Shown here: one piece after another, positions 14,501 through 25,736 of the stretch | Layout of the letters: each line of letters begins with the position of its first letter | Numbering within the stretch: the first letter of the stretch is position 1 | Assembly: GCA_965655095.1 (NCBI GenBank) | Contig: OZ296651.1 | Span: 56,792,001-56,856,000 of the forward strand | From: Haplodiscus bocki | Lineage: Eukaryota | DNA: 64,000 nucleotides | Reading direction: 5' to 3' | Program-made: the position numbers and the translations under genes | Notes under the pieces: generated by a model | Seen by the model: only the letters and a program-made list of their open reading frames with translations | Databases searched by the model: none | Told to the model about the DNA's origin: nothing

Positions 14501-17500
14501 ATTAACGTAAGGTCACATCCCTGTTCAATTCATGCGCGATTTCGAGCTCGATATCATAAAGCGCCGGACTCAGTATATTACAAAAATTTTTCTGGAAACA
14601 TGCGCTTTCTGCAATATTTGAGTTCAGCTTTGTTTCGCTTTCGTACGATGAGCTAAACATTTTAGGAGTGTGTAAGATGTGTTTTCCTGGGAACGTAACA
14701 CACGGGTTAAATTGTTTGAAAGCGGTTAAATTTTTTTCACGGTAAAACCGGATCGCACAAAATTGAAATTTGATAGAAAACAACAGATCCAAAACTTCTG
14801 GATGCATCACTGGCCTGTTCAACGTTTTTCAGCGGTAAAATAACAACCACAGAGCGTACTGCGACTTTTTTGACTGTTAGAGACTTTAAGGCGTTCATGA
14901 AGGAAGGCGCAATTTCTGCCCATAAATGCTGAAAATAGGATGCATGTTATTTCAATATAGACATCAATTGTTTTCCATTTTTAAGTTCACTGCTAAACAA
15001 ATAACGAAGATGCAAGTTTGCAGTGACTAAGATACAATGATAATTGATTGAAACGTAACTCTGGATATGATAGAAACAGCAAGCCATTTGAATACAATTC
15101 AAAATTCTATGAGATAAGAACAGTTGGCAGCAATATTGGTTCCATTTGGAACTCCAATTCGCAACAGCAAGGTCATTGCATACTTTTATTGTTTCAACTC
15201 TGGATTACTATTTGGTGGTTACTAATGCATTGAAAACATGTCAAAATTTGTTTCACTTCGTCTTTTTTTTTCCAAATGAAATGGAAGCTGAATCAGAAGT
15301 TCAAAACAATTTCTCTGATATTTGCAACGTGAATAATCTTAATCTTAACGTAAATAAGACACAAACAAATAAAACAAACCTCCGTAGTAGTTTCCGTAGC
15401 CGTATGGATTTGGGTTGCCTCCGTATCCGCCTCTGCCATAACCTCCAGGGCTTCCCCCATATCCCCTGTAGAAACTTCGCTGGTAACCACCGCCAGGAGA
15501 ACCACCATGGTCTGAGAAACGACCACCTTTCCCTGAGGGACTGAAACCTTCGCGATTGTTTTTGAATCGGTTCTCTGAAACAACATTGAGTCTCAGCTAG
15601 TTAAAAGAACACGTTTGTGAAATATTCGGCGGAAAAAATTTCAGCAGCTCTCTTTTCTACGAAGCCGACATCTGTAGGAATGCCATGGAAAGATATCTTT
15701 GGAATTATTCTATAATTTGGGGAAAACTTAATGAAAACAGCTTTGGATAAAGCTTCAACAATGGCTAAGCTAACAAAATGTCAAAATGGAGCCATAGCAA
15801 CGCTTTTGCAATAAACTTTGAACTGCCAAAATTTTCAGTTCATCTTTAAGCATTCAGTAACAACTGCCGACATGGCGCATACGCTGCAGTCACCATCACA
15901 GTATATGTAAGCAACCTACCTCGTTGACTCTTGGGCTGTCCTTTTTCGAAATGCAGAGGACAGTTATTGATAATCTTATTGTCGAATTTCTCCACAAACT
16001 TTGTAGTGTCTTCCCACTTGTCAAAGTAGAAGAAAGAGAATCGACCGTTAGACGTGACAATTGACCTCTTCAGTTCAATGCCTTCATCCTCCATGAGTTT
16101 CTTGATGCAACTCATCAGTGACTCATCGAATAGTTTTGATTCATCGCCGCGGATAGAAGCAAACATGAAAGGCTCTGTGTCGGGATCATCAGATACTTCG
16201 GGAGTGACATCTTCCTTGGGAGTGACGAGGTACTCAATGTGGCCAATTACAACTTTTGCATATTTGGATACCATTTGCTCCTGGTCTTCCTCGTTTTCCA
16301 GGCCAATGATTATCTCCCTTTAAAAAAGACATGAAAACGGCTATTTTGTTGGAACCATGATTTAGCTTTCCCAAATTGTTGGAAACTTCATGAAGTCACA
16401 CTCGAATCAGAAACATGAACTATTTTTCGACATTAGTTTCAAGCAGTCGACTGCGTCTTAGATGACTCATCACCTTAGAAGCCAAGAAAAGAAACATTTT
16501 TCGAACAGAGAATGTCCCAAACTACGAAACTCACTTTTGATCCCTTGTCGAGTAGTGCCTAAGGACGTTGAATTCACCTTTGACATGATTCATGACATCT
16601 TGGGTCATTTCATCATCGACTTTAATCAAGGGATTGGAAGGCTTGAAGGAAACGTTGTGCAGTTCGGCTGAAATGAATCCAAAGATGATGGATGATGATA
16701 TACACAGAATCACATACTCATAACTGCAATTAGAAAAGTACTAACCTTTACCAATTCTGCGTTTGACTGCCCATGTTAATCCGGCCACAATTTTGTCGTC
16801 AAAATCGGTACATGCTTTCTCGATATCCTCGACAGCTTTGACTTTAAGAAACGCGTGGCTAAAATTCAGAAGTCAAATGTAAGGATTGGTCTACGTAAAA
16901 ACATAGGTATCGAAGATGCTAGTCATTAAGCACTAAGAAATTAGCATAGATAAAAACATAGGAAGTGAACCAACGTTACTTGAATGATAATTTGGAAAAG
17001 CACAAAATATCAGAATAAAATTGAAACAATTGAAAGCAGCAAACAATTGCGAATGAATTCACATCCGTGTTAAGATCCATCAAAAAAAGAACAAAATTAG
17101 TTGCTAGCTCGTCAACTACAGTGCTGTCAAAATATTGCAACTCCTTGTACAAAGATGACAATTTTCTCAATTAGGTTCCATCTAGGAACAATATTAGACA
17201 AAAATTACAGACTCTGATGACGTCACAAAAAGCAAGTTTTGGACAAGATTAAAAAAGTATGCATAAGCCGGTAACCAATACACTTTCTTCCTTTCACTCA
17301 GAATGTGTGAAAAAACAGCAAAAACATTTAAATTTTGCGCAAACCAGCAAATTGAAACTTCTGCAACATTGGTGGTAAAACTATCAGAGACTACTGAAAA
17401 CTATCTAAAATTCTAGGGAACATTTTGCTTTTAGAACATTTTTTTTTCTATTTTCAGAGATTTTCAACTCCGAAAATGACCGTAGACAGTGGCGTTGCAT

Positions 17501-20500
17501 TACTTTAGAACAACACTGTAAATAATCACTAATCAGAGGCGCAGTCGCCCTGCGATAATTCCTGTCAATGGGACGCAGAAATGAAATGACTGATCGAACA
17601 TACAACAAAGGACTTCCACAAAAAGAACACATTTTTGACGAAAAGAAATGGTAATGAAAACCTTGACGGAAAACTTCAAGGCGGTAGTTTTCGCGAAGGA
17701 TGTGTTGGAATATGTCTGTACTAATAGCATTTATTGTCACTTTTGACCTATCAAGTTTCCGATTTCAATGGAAACAAATTTCAAGATTTTCAAAAACGAC
17801 TAGTCCTCTTCAAGCAGGTTTTCCAAAAACAAAAAGGCCTTCAATTGCCACCTCGATGGAAAAATGAAGCAAGTAGATCTGAAGAAATTTGAGTTTGAAT
17901 ATCGAGGTATGTCAAGACTATTAAGACTTTCTGGCACCTCTGATTCATCAGGATTTCACTGTACGAGAACTATATGATTTTTGAATGAATATCCCAAAAC
18001 AAGAAGAAAGCTATAGATTGACACTGTGAAGGAAAAGATCAAGTTCGTTGTTTTGGAGAAACACGAGTTTGAAAATGGAGATGAGTACACATTTAAAACA
18101 TTTCTGGACTATCAAGATTCCAATGCAGGAACAGAGTTGACAATTTTTTGACCCAATATTTTCCAAAAAGTACGAAACTTTCGGTAGACATTGGTGGAAG
18201 CAATTAGGCCGGTAGTTATGGATAAATACGATTTTGAAGATAGAGATTTATCAATATCAACAGAATTTTGGCATTCTCGGAGTAGGTATGGAGAAAAATG
18301 AGTTTGAATGTCGATGAAACTCAGAATTATCAGCTTTTTTGGAATTTTCGGTTTATTAGGATTTTGATGAAAGAAGGATCAAAAGAGATTTTTCAATCGA
18401 ATCGTCCTCTAACAGTCCAAAGCTTTCCCTTGAACCCTTGATGGAAGGAATCAAGCCTGTAGTTACGGAGAAAAAGGAGTCAAAATATCGAGATGAATCA
18501 ATAAAAGCACTTTTTGGAAATTTTGGCTGAACAGGATCTACAGGCATAGATCAACAGAAATGCCTTTTCAATCAAATCATACTCCAAAAAAGTGAATCTT
18601 TCAATTTAGACATTGATGGAAGAAATCAAAACTGTAGTTACCGAGAAAAATGAGTTTGAATACCATTCAATAACAATTTTTCTATAGAAATGGTTTGCAA
18701 AAATTTGGAATAATTCGAGAGAATTTGGTAAGAGAAATCGAGCCAGCAGTAAGTGAGAGATAAATTTGAAAAACGACATTATTCAAAATTATTGGCACTT
18801 GTTTTTCGCATTACCGGTCTTTCAGCATTCTAACGCACGGACCAAAACTTATGATTTTCCAATGGAATACTCCTGGACAAGTAGCAGGCTTTCGATTGCG
18901 ACCTAAAATAAAGAATTTATCCTCGTACTTTCGGAGAAAATTGAGTTGAAACATGAGGAAATTCAAAACTAATTGCGCATTTTGGCATTCCCCCAATGTG
19001 GGGATCACATATCGATATGTTCCACTAGAGATATTATTGAATTCTATTTATATTTTCTGACCTCGGAGAAACTAAGATACTGAAAAAACTGATACCAATT
19101 AGAAGTTCAATTATTTACATTTATACTTCAATTATTTACACTTATACTCCAATTATTTACATTTAAGTATTTTTTAAGCAGATTTATAATCTTTTCGGAT
19201 TTCTAAGAAAAAAATGCCAGTTTTTCATGACAAAAATTCAGAAAAAGAACGATTCTTTGCGTTTAGGTTAGAAAACGGATAATTTTCGAGAAAGAGCCCA
19301 CTTATCAAAAAACTTTCACTTTCATCAAAAAACCTTGTTTTTGCTATTAAAAGAGAATGTGCTAACAAGTATCTAAAAGTGTGTCTTGAAAAATTGGTCG
19401 GTAGCCAGATTCGAACCCTCTACCTGTGGGCCAGCTAATAGCGGTTCCACCCGCATACGTATTAATTCTGTGCGTCACGGGCAAAATTAGGAAAAAAACT
19501 CCAACATCTTCAGTTCGCCAAAATTAGCTCAATTTTTACGTTCCTTTCGCTTTCATTCGCAAAAAAATTCAAATCGCCTTCAAAATTCGTGTGATATATT
19601 GTAGTTCTGCCTATTAGGTTGTGTACCTGAATTATAAATTTCCGGCCGCAATTTAACCGGAAATCAACTTGCTAGTTTTGCTGAGAAAAACAATGCAGCT
19701 GTGTTCAATATACACTTTATTTAAGCAGATCGCACATTCTGAGAAAAGTGAATAGGGACTTATCAAAATATGACTTACCCTATATAAAATGGAGATGTAA
19801 AATGTGTTTCGGCTTTCGAAACTATTGAAATTTTTCTAACGTCATTGCCTAAAGACCGAAGCGATCAATAAACATAAGCAAGCCATCAAAAAGCGAGTAA
19901 ATGAAACTCAATGACAGTGTTTCTGCTATGGCGTCATGATGATCATGCCGAGTGAGGAAAGTGAGTGAGTGAGTTCATCAAGTCGTCCGCTACATTCACT
20001 CGCTTGCTTTTCTCATTCAGCGTGTTAATAGTGAAGCATAAAAAAACGTGAACAAATCGCTAGAATGTCGAGAACAAATTGAAAATTTAAACTGCTGATG
20101 TGGCAGAAGGGCTTGGTATAAAATTCAGATTGTTCTGGTATGTCTTCGTTTGTCTGGCAATCATTCACAGCAAAAAAAATACAAATTACATGACAATTTG
20201 AAACGTATGCAGAAAAGTTCATAGAGGAGCTGAAACTGCACCGTGACGAAGTTTCTCGAGTTCTCCTCCACACAAACATTCTCAACTGTACCATATGACT
20301 TAATACGATGCCAAAAAAATCGGAAACTCTTTGCAACTGTCATTTTCCAAGCAACAGAAAATACATTGCATCGCATTTTCAATAGTCAGAAACCATAGCG
20401 AATTAATGATGAATGATCAATGAAAAACTACCAAAAAATGTACAGGTGATGGTCCTCGACAACAAACGGTTGTCTATTGTAGAAGACAAGGGTTTTAACA

Positions 20501-23500
20501 ATCTTATAAGACATAAGCAGCCTCAATACGATTTACCAAGCAGAAAATTCTTCAGAACAATGCAGTCAAAAGAATACGATTGATTTTAGCAAATCAATAG
20601 CCTTGATTTGAATTAAAAATTTGAAGCATCGATCTTTAGGAGCCGATTCTAGCATTAAGGAATCAAAAGTTCATGACATTTGAACAAGACTGGACAACAA
20701 GTATAGATGTTTGTTTTTCACAAGCATAGATGCTTGTTTTTCAAAGATTAAAGCAATAGAAGTGTAACTGTGAAAAAAACTAGCCTTCTAATATCATGCA
20801 ATGAAGAAGCACCGGTAAGCAATACTCGACCCCTACCAAACTGCGAGAACATTATTGAAGAAGCGGACAATTTTATACGACAGCCCTGTGCTTTCAGTGA
20901 TACGAACACTGTCGAATGGTGGAAATGGTTCATCATACCCACATCTCTCCAGAAAATATTTAGGCACCAGCTTCGTCTGGTTATTCGGAAAGACTGTTCT
21001 CGGAAGATGGAATGGTGTGCGAGGAACATCGAGCCAAAGTGTTCCCAAAACACAGTGGACAATTTTTGTTTGTTCATCATAATTTGAAAGACATGGATTC
21101 TCCAAAAAAATTGATCATGCACCATGTTTGCAAGTTTCTTTCAAACGGAAGCCATAAGTCAGGTGGAATGGAGCTTTGCCCGGTAGAAAACAGGAATTTT
21201 TGGAGTTCCGGCCGGAATTTTGTTCCAGTACACCACTACCATGCGAAACTTGGACTCTCCACTGTGCGTCGAAAAGGCTATGAGAGCGTAGAAATGTGGT
21301 ACCTCAGAAGAATGGAACGAATCTCGTACACCGCCCACAAAACTAACAAATTTATACTGAGCAAAACACAAAAAACTCGAATGCTCACAAAAATCATTGA
21401 AAGTAGACAACTGAAATTCTTCGGACATGTAATCAGAAAAGAAGAACTGGAAGAAACCATTTTGACCGGCCACATCAACGGCAAAAGAAATAAAGGACGA
21501 CACAGAAAAACGTATGTTGATGAAATATCAGAAAAAGTAGGAAAAAGTCGAGCCGAGTGCATCCGAGCTGCGAAGAGAGAAGAATGGAAACTTTTATGGA
21601 AAACCTATGTCTGAGACCAGACACGGCACAGTGAAGAAGAACACCTCTACCGTCTTACAAAATTAAAGTAATTTGAAGAACTAAGCGACAAAAGAAGACA
21701 TTTGATTGACAAAATTTCTTTGAAATGCCTAAAAAACTTCGATTTTCAAATTTCGCAAGAAATTATAGAAAAATTGTCGCATTCTGACCAAAACTTAGTA
21801 TATGAGAGATCAGATTCTTTTCGTAGCGCTTCTGCAGAAATAAAAAAAATCAAATAGATGACAAAACAATGAGCTTTGAAAAAAATTATCGAGTATAAAA
21901 ATAACGGGAAACAATTGAAAAAAAAACGTAAAACAATTGACTCTGGATTTTCCACTGTTAGTCCCTAAAAAAGGCTTCGCTGTGCTTCCCTAAAAACCAA
22001 ATTTCTACCATTAAATTCGAACCCTAAAAACCGAATTTCTACCATTAAATTCGAACTAACTTTCTTTTCAAACCCTGCACCTCAACAATATTGACACCGC
22101 CTTCTTTCAGTGCATTTTGTAAGTCAGTGAGAAGCGAATCATTCAACGCCATCGTTCTTCTTTTAGGAGCAACATAAATTTTGTGGTCTTCTTCGATTGT
22201 GATTGAAATAGGTGCTGCTGGGGTTGCAGTGGTCTCAGTGCTACTTTCCGGTACAGCTTCGGCGAAATTCTCCTGGCTACTCACAGCAATCTGTTGACCA
22301 TTTGCTTCCATAGGAAGCAGGGGCGGTTGAACTATTTCTTCGGCATCATTAGAAAATCCGTTCACGTTCAATTCCGCTGACTCCTGAAACGATCGAAATA
22401 AAAGCGTCGTTATATCTAATTTCTGAACTAAATAGTTGCGCAATTCTACAGGTACAGAAAATCAGTTCAACGGGAAAATGTTACGGAAAAGTATAGAAAG
22501 TGAACCTCGCCCACAAGAAGCAAGTAGTTGGACACTAACAGGTTGAAATTGTTGGGCAACATCTCTCTCCATCTGTTCGAGAGTATTCAACAAAGACTCC
22601 TTGGCGCTTTGCACAGCATCTTCGTTCTCCTGGGGTGTTTCTTCTGACGCAACTTCTTCCTCTGCGTCCACCGAGGTGTCATCTGCTGCCACTAATTGCT
22701 CCTCCACTAGAAAAAGAAAACATTTTCAGTACTCCCCAAAAGGAAAATAATAACGAAATTCCGTTTATTTCAACATAGAACGCGGATGCGAAGCTAAGCT
22801 TCGCAACATTTGCGCCAACGGAATACTAGTGCAAAAATCGACAAATATATTTAATTTTTGAAGGGGCCACAAAACTACGAACACTACTGATAACAGGCGT
22901 ACAGAAACTCAGCCAATTCTTCAACATTTATATACAAGTGAAAAACGCTTCATTTCTTTCGCTTGATATTTCAACTAAAATACAATTTCTCAAGCGTCCC
23001 TAACAAAGTAAGTAGAGCATGTGACAGCGGAGTGGACGGTCAATGGTTCCAGCCAACGCCACTCCGCTTTTTGGTCAAAATCTAGAAACTTCTGTTAGTC
23101 CTGAACGACGCCGAAAAGAATTTGAGACTGTGTTGTTATAACACTTGCTTGCGCAAGTGTCTATAATATTTTTCATTACAGGCAATCTTATACGCTGATT
23201 GATAAATGATCCTGTATTTGGGCAAACCGACTTGAAAATGATGATGTAACCTCAAAATATTCCTTCTGCCCAAGTTCTTGGTCACAGCAGTTTTGCTCAA
23301 TGAAAAAACATAGGCTCTAAGGTGCTTAGCGCAACGCTTGCGAAGGTATTCAACCTCTTGATTACATCGCTGACCACATGCTCATGCAATTCCAGACAGC
23401 ATGTAGCAAAATCCGGAGACATTAGGCAAAGAACAACCAAGAGATAACATCGAAGGTTCAAGATAACTATCCTAACTTCCAGCAAAACTTGACTGAAAAA

Positions 23501-25452
23501 GAAAATATTGTCATCTCAAATGTCAGTGAAGGCTAGCCACTGTTTGGCAAATGCCATCTCAAAGCAGCATGGTTCCATAAGTTGCCAACTAGGGCGTTAA
23601 ATAAAGAAATACGAATCTGGAAACAAAAAACCTTCCGGAAAGGCCATGTTTTTCCGATAACTTTTCAGAAAATTCGACTCAAAGATTTTTCCCGCAAACC
23701 CAAGATCACAAGAACACTGAGAAGATGCTGAGGGTTATTGGGAGTCACACACTCGAGGCAATTTTCCAGCTGATGAGAGTCGCAGTCAACTTATTGCAAA
23801 GGGTAAAAACAATTGAAAAAAAATTGCTCTACATCTAAAAAGATTACCTTGGCCAGACCACCTATCTACGACTGAGTGTAACCACAAGAGTTCACCACTG
23901 TTTCTCCAGGCAACCCAGTGGGCGTCACAAAACCCAGTTAACTTTTGTTTGTACAACAGGATAAAAAATCTTTGGACGATTTGACAAGTCTTAAGGGAAC
24001 CTATTTTTTGATAATTTTCGGCAAAAAATCTAGGAGAAAAGTTCTCACGGGATCAAAACTTGCATTACATTCAACTGTTGTACACATTGCTTGGTCTGTT
24101 TTTGAATTCAAAGATATGCAAAACAATGAGGCACGCTGAACACGCTAAACTTTAGATAAAGCAATTTTTTTTTAAAACTCTTTTTTCAGAAAATTTTCAG
24201 CCAAAATCTTTTGGAAAAAACGAGAAAACTTTCGGCTAGAGACTGAATGCAACCAACGCTTCATATTCAACCACCTAGCCAACATTGGGATCCCATACAT
24301 GGGAAATTAGGTCCGAGGAGTGCGACAAAGTAACACTTACCCTCTGGAGAAACCTGGGTTTTCAAAAGTTTTCGCCCAAAACTCGCAGGCAAAAAAATTC
24401 GACCACCGAAAATTTCGGCCTCGGTCAACTACGACGTTGCCAATGAAGCTAAGCAATAAGGAAAGGGATCCTGCAAATATGTTCATAGAAAATGAGCGTC
24501 AAAGTTAAACAGAATGGGCAATGTTGAATCTGTTTCGGAAAAGTTCAAAAATTTCAGCTTTTTTTGACAACAAGTGGCCGAAAATTTTTTCGGCGAAAAA
24601 TATCACGGCACGCCGCTCAACTGAATGGTGTTGCATCGACTAGTGCAAAAACATTAGCATTTCCAAGTTTACTGCTAAGACAGGACTCAAAAATACCCCC
24701 CTTGCCCTCTAAAAAATCCCTGAAAAGAGAAATTTTTTCGCTAATAACTCGCCGAAAAAAATCGGTGGTTGAAATTTTGGAATACGATAGACCGTGAAAC
24801 CGTCGTAAAGTTTATACAAAAGCGGATAAATCCGACCAATAGGTGCCGAGAAAAATACATTTAAAGAGATGAAACGCAGAGGGATGTCACGGACGGGAAA
24901 TAAACGAAATCATTTTGACGTGTCCTTGTGCGAAGAGGCTTCGCTCCACTCGCCTAAAACTATTATTCTTTCATTCATTATTATGTGTGTTTATGTACTC
25001 CATGCATCTACATTTGAAATCCAAATTTTTGACGGTTCACATTATAATTGGGCTTTTCACGCATCCAAAAGCTCACCTTGCTTCAAAAAAATAACGGAAA
25101 ACTGAACAATTAATCATTGTTTTGACTCCAAATCGTCAGATTATAGGACAATTTTGCCATGAAAAAAATCAGAGGAGAATTAAAAATTTCAACAAATTGA
25201 TATTTTTCCGGCAGTTTCTGCCAACAAGCATGTGAATAAATAATGAATGAATTGCGTCAACACAGTAATAATACGTTCCTGTTACCGAAACTCAGTATAG
25301 TGTTGCACAGACAAAACCTTCCACATGAATTTTTAATGTCAGTGGAGTTCTATCGTTGCAAAGTAGCGTTGCAAAAGTAGCTCACCTATATCTTCTTTTG
25401 CTTTCTTTCCTCTAGTAGTTTTGGCTGGACTCTTTCTTTTTGCAGCTGGCAT
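2585..25452 (-). CDS. Multi-exon RNA-binding protein, ~492 aa: basic/acidic N-terminus, 3 divergent RRMs, Gly/Tyr/Arg-rich tail, PY-NLS-like end (nucleolin- or hnRNP-like architecture)
   Basis: Exons (minus): 25452-25386, 22706-22540, 22383-22061, 16858-16746, 16667-16535, 16317-15920, 15574-15380, 2667-2585. All introns are GT-AG and phase-consistent, total 1479 nt. The protein starts MPAAKRKSPAKTTRGKKAKED. RRM1 reads HKIYVAP...LKRNHAFLKVKAVEDIEKACTDFDDKIVAG. RRM3 reads FMFASIRG...NGRFSFFYFDKWEDTTKFVEKFDNKIINNCPLHFEKG. The tail reads GYGGSPGGYGRGGYGGNPNPYGYGNYYG and ends NRRGGAPMYPYAS*. Exon 25460 has an acceptor, so an upstream UTR or coding exon exists. Confidence 0.85.
5684..6600 (-). mobile_element. 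Helentron-type non-autonomous element, subfamily B
   Basis: Terminus ACACAGAGATGCAGCGGAACTTCGCAACACATTC and an internal body shared with 40757-41090, 50902-51460, 35960-36180 and 17200-17340. Confidence 0.55.
7450..8350 (-). mobile_element. Degraded Gypsy LTR-retrotransposon pol fragment (RNase H region)
   Basis: Minus-strand DALGMGCIMS resembles the DASxxGLGCVLSQ RNase H motif, followed by an ARW-like segment. The region is heavily mutated. Confidence 0.4.
8683..8898. mobile_element. PIF/Harbinger-like MITE
   Basis: Terminal inverted repeats CAAGGGGACCGT...ACGGTCCCCTTG around 216 bp of non-coding sequence. Confidence 0.6.
8959..9369 (-). mobile_element. Helentron-type non-autonomous element (HINE/DINE-1-like), subfamily A
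   Basis: Hairpin/subTIR terminus ACAGAGGCAAAATTCGGCTTCGCAGCACTGGCACCAACGGAATACTAG, homologous to copies at 22778, 29189, 48745 and 58819. Confidence 0.6.
10080..10870 (+). mobile_element. Degraded Gypsy reverse-transcriptase fragment
   Basis: FQNYKLPYGWDN resembles the RT motif YxFxRLPFGL. An upstream AYP-like motif is present. The frames are broken. Confidence 0.4.
17600..18960 (+). repeat. Degenerate ~175-bp satellite-like tandem array
   Basis: Variants of GTAGTTACGGAGAAAAATGAGTTTGAA occur at about 17695, 17881, 18056, 18221, 18291, 18468, 18643, 18758 and 18934. Most spacings are 165-186 bp. Confidence 0.6.
19107..19165. repeat. 21-bp minisatellite x~3
   Basis: (TTCAATTATTTACATTTATAC)n. 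Confidence 0.8.
19396..19460 (-). repeat. tRNA-derived SINE head remnant
   Basis: Reverse B-box GATTCGAACCC in tRNA 3'-end-like context. Confidence 0.35.
19615..21238 (+). mobile_element. Internally deleted hAT (Ac/ZBED-type) DNA transposon relic
   Basis: Imperfect TIRs TAGGTTGTGTACCTGAATTATAAATTTCCGGCCG / CGGCCGGAATTTTGTTCCAGTACACCACTA. BED-like MSSFVWQSFT, then LSIVEDKGFNNLIRHKQPQYDLPSRK, then the dimerisation domain APASSGYSERLFSEDGMVCEEHRAKVFPKHSGQFLFVHHNL. No clear TSD. Confidence 0.8.
21275..21641 (+). mobile_element. 5'-truncated RTE-clade LINE 3' end
   Basis: EMWYLRRMERISYTAHKTN...RQLKFFGHVIRKEELEETILTGHINGKRNKGRHRKTYVD...W is the typical RTE ORF C-terminus. It is followed by a short 3' UTR and a (GAA)n tail. 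Confidence 0.9.
21989..22056. repeat. 34-bp tandem duplication next to the exon donor site
   Basis: CCTAAAAACC(A/G)AATTTCTACCATTAAATTCGAAC x2. Confidence 0.85.
22778..23167 (-). mobile_element. Helentron-type non-autonomous element, subfamily A, near full length
   Basis: GCGAAGCTAAGCTTCGC hairpin plus AACATTTGCG at one end, palindromic ACACTTGCTTGCGCAAGTGT at the other, and an internal tRNA-like segment. Confidence 0.7.
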
Positions 25453-25538
25453 TTCGAATTCTGAAAAGAAAAAGATTCAAATCATTTGCATTGATTGAGC
25501 TAGAAATACAGAATACAAGACACTTGCAGCAGGCAAAC

Positions 25539-25736
25539 AAGCTTCTAAATTAAGATGGAACATCCAAGCTTTATTCATTTGCGCCCTTCTTACATATCAT
25601 ATCCAACGGGGAACGGCCGATTCGGCGTCGTTCGAAAAGCTTCTAAATTAAGATGGAACATCCAAGCTTTATTCATTTGCGCCCTTCTTACATATCATAT
25701 CCAACGGGGAACGGCCGATTCGGCGTCGTTCGAAAA
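25539..25736. repeat. Perfect 98-bp tandem duplication
   Basis: The unit AAGCTTCTAAATTAAGATGG...GGCGTCGTTCGAA starts at 25539 and again at 25637. Confidence 0.95.

Noticed and set aside
17600-18960. CRISPR-like repeat-spacer array
   Set aside because: The context is eukaryotic, repeats are degenerate, intervening sequences are related to each other and no cas genes are present. It is a satellite.
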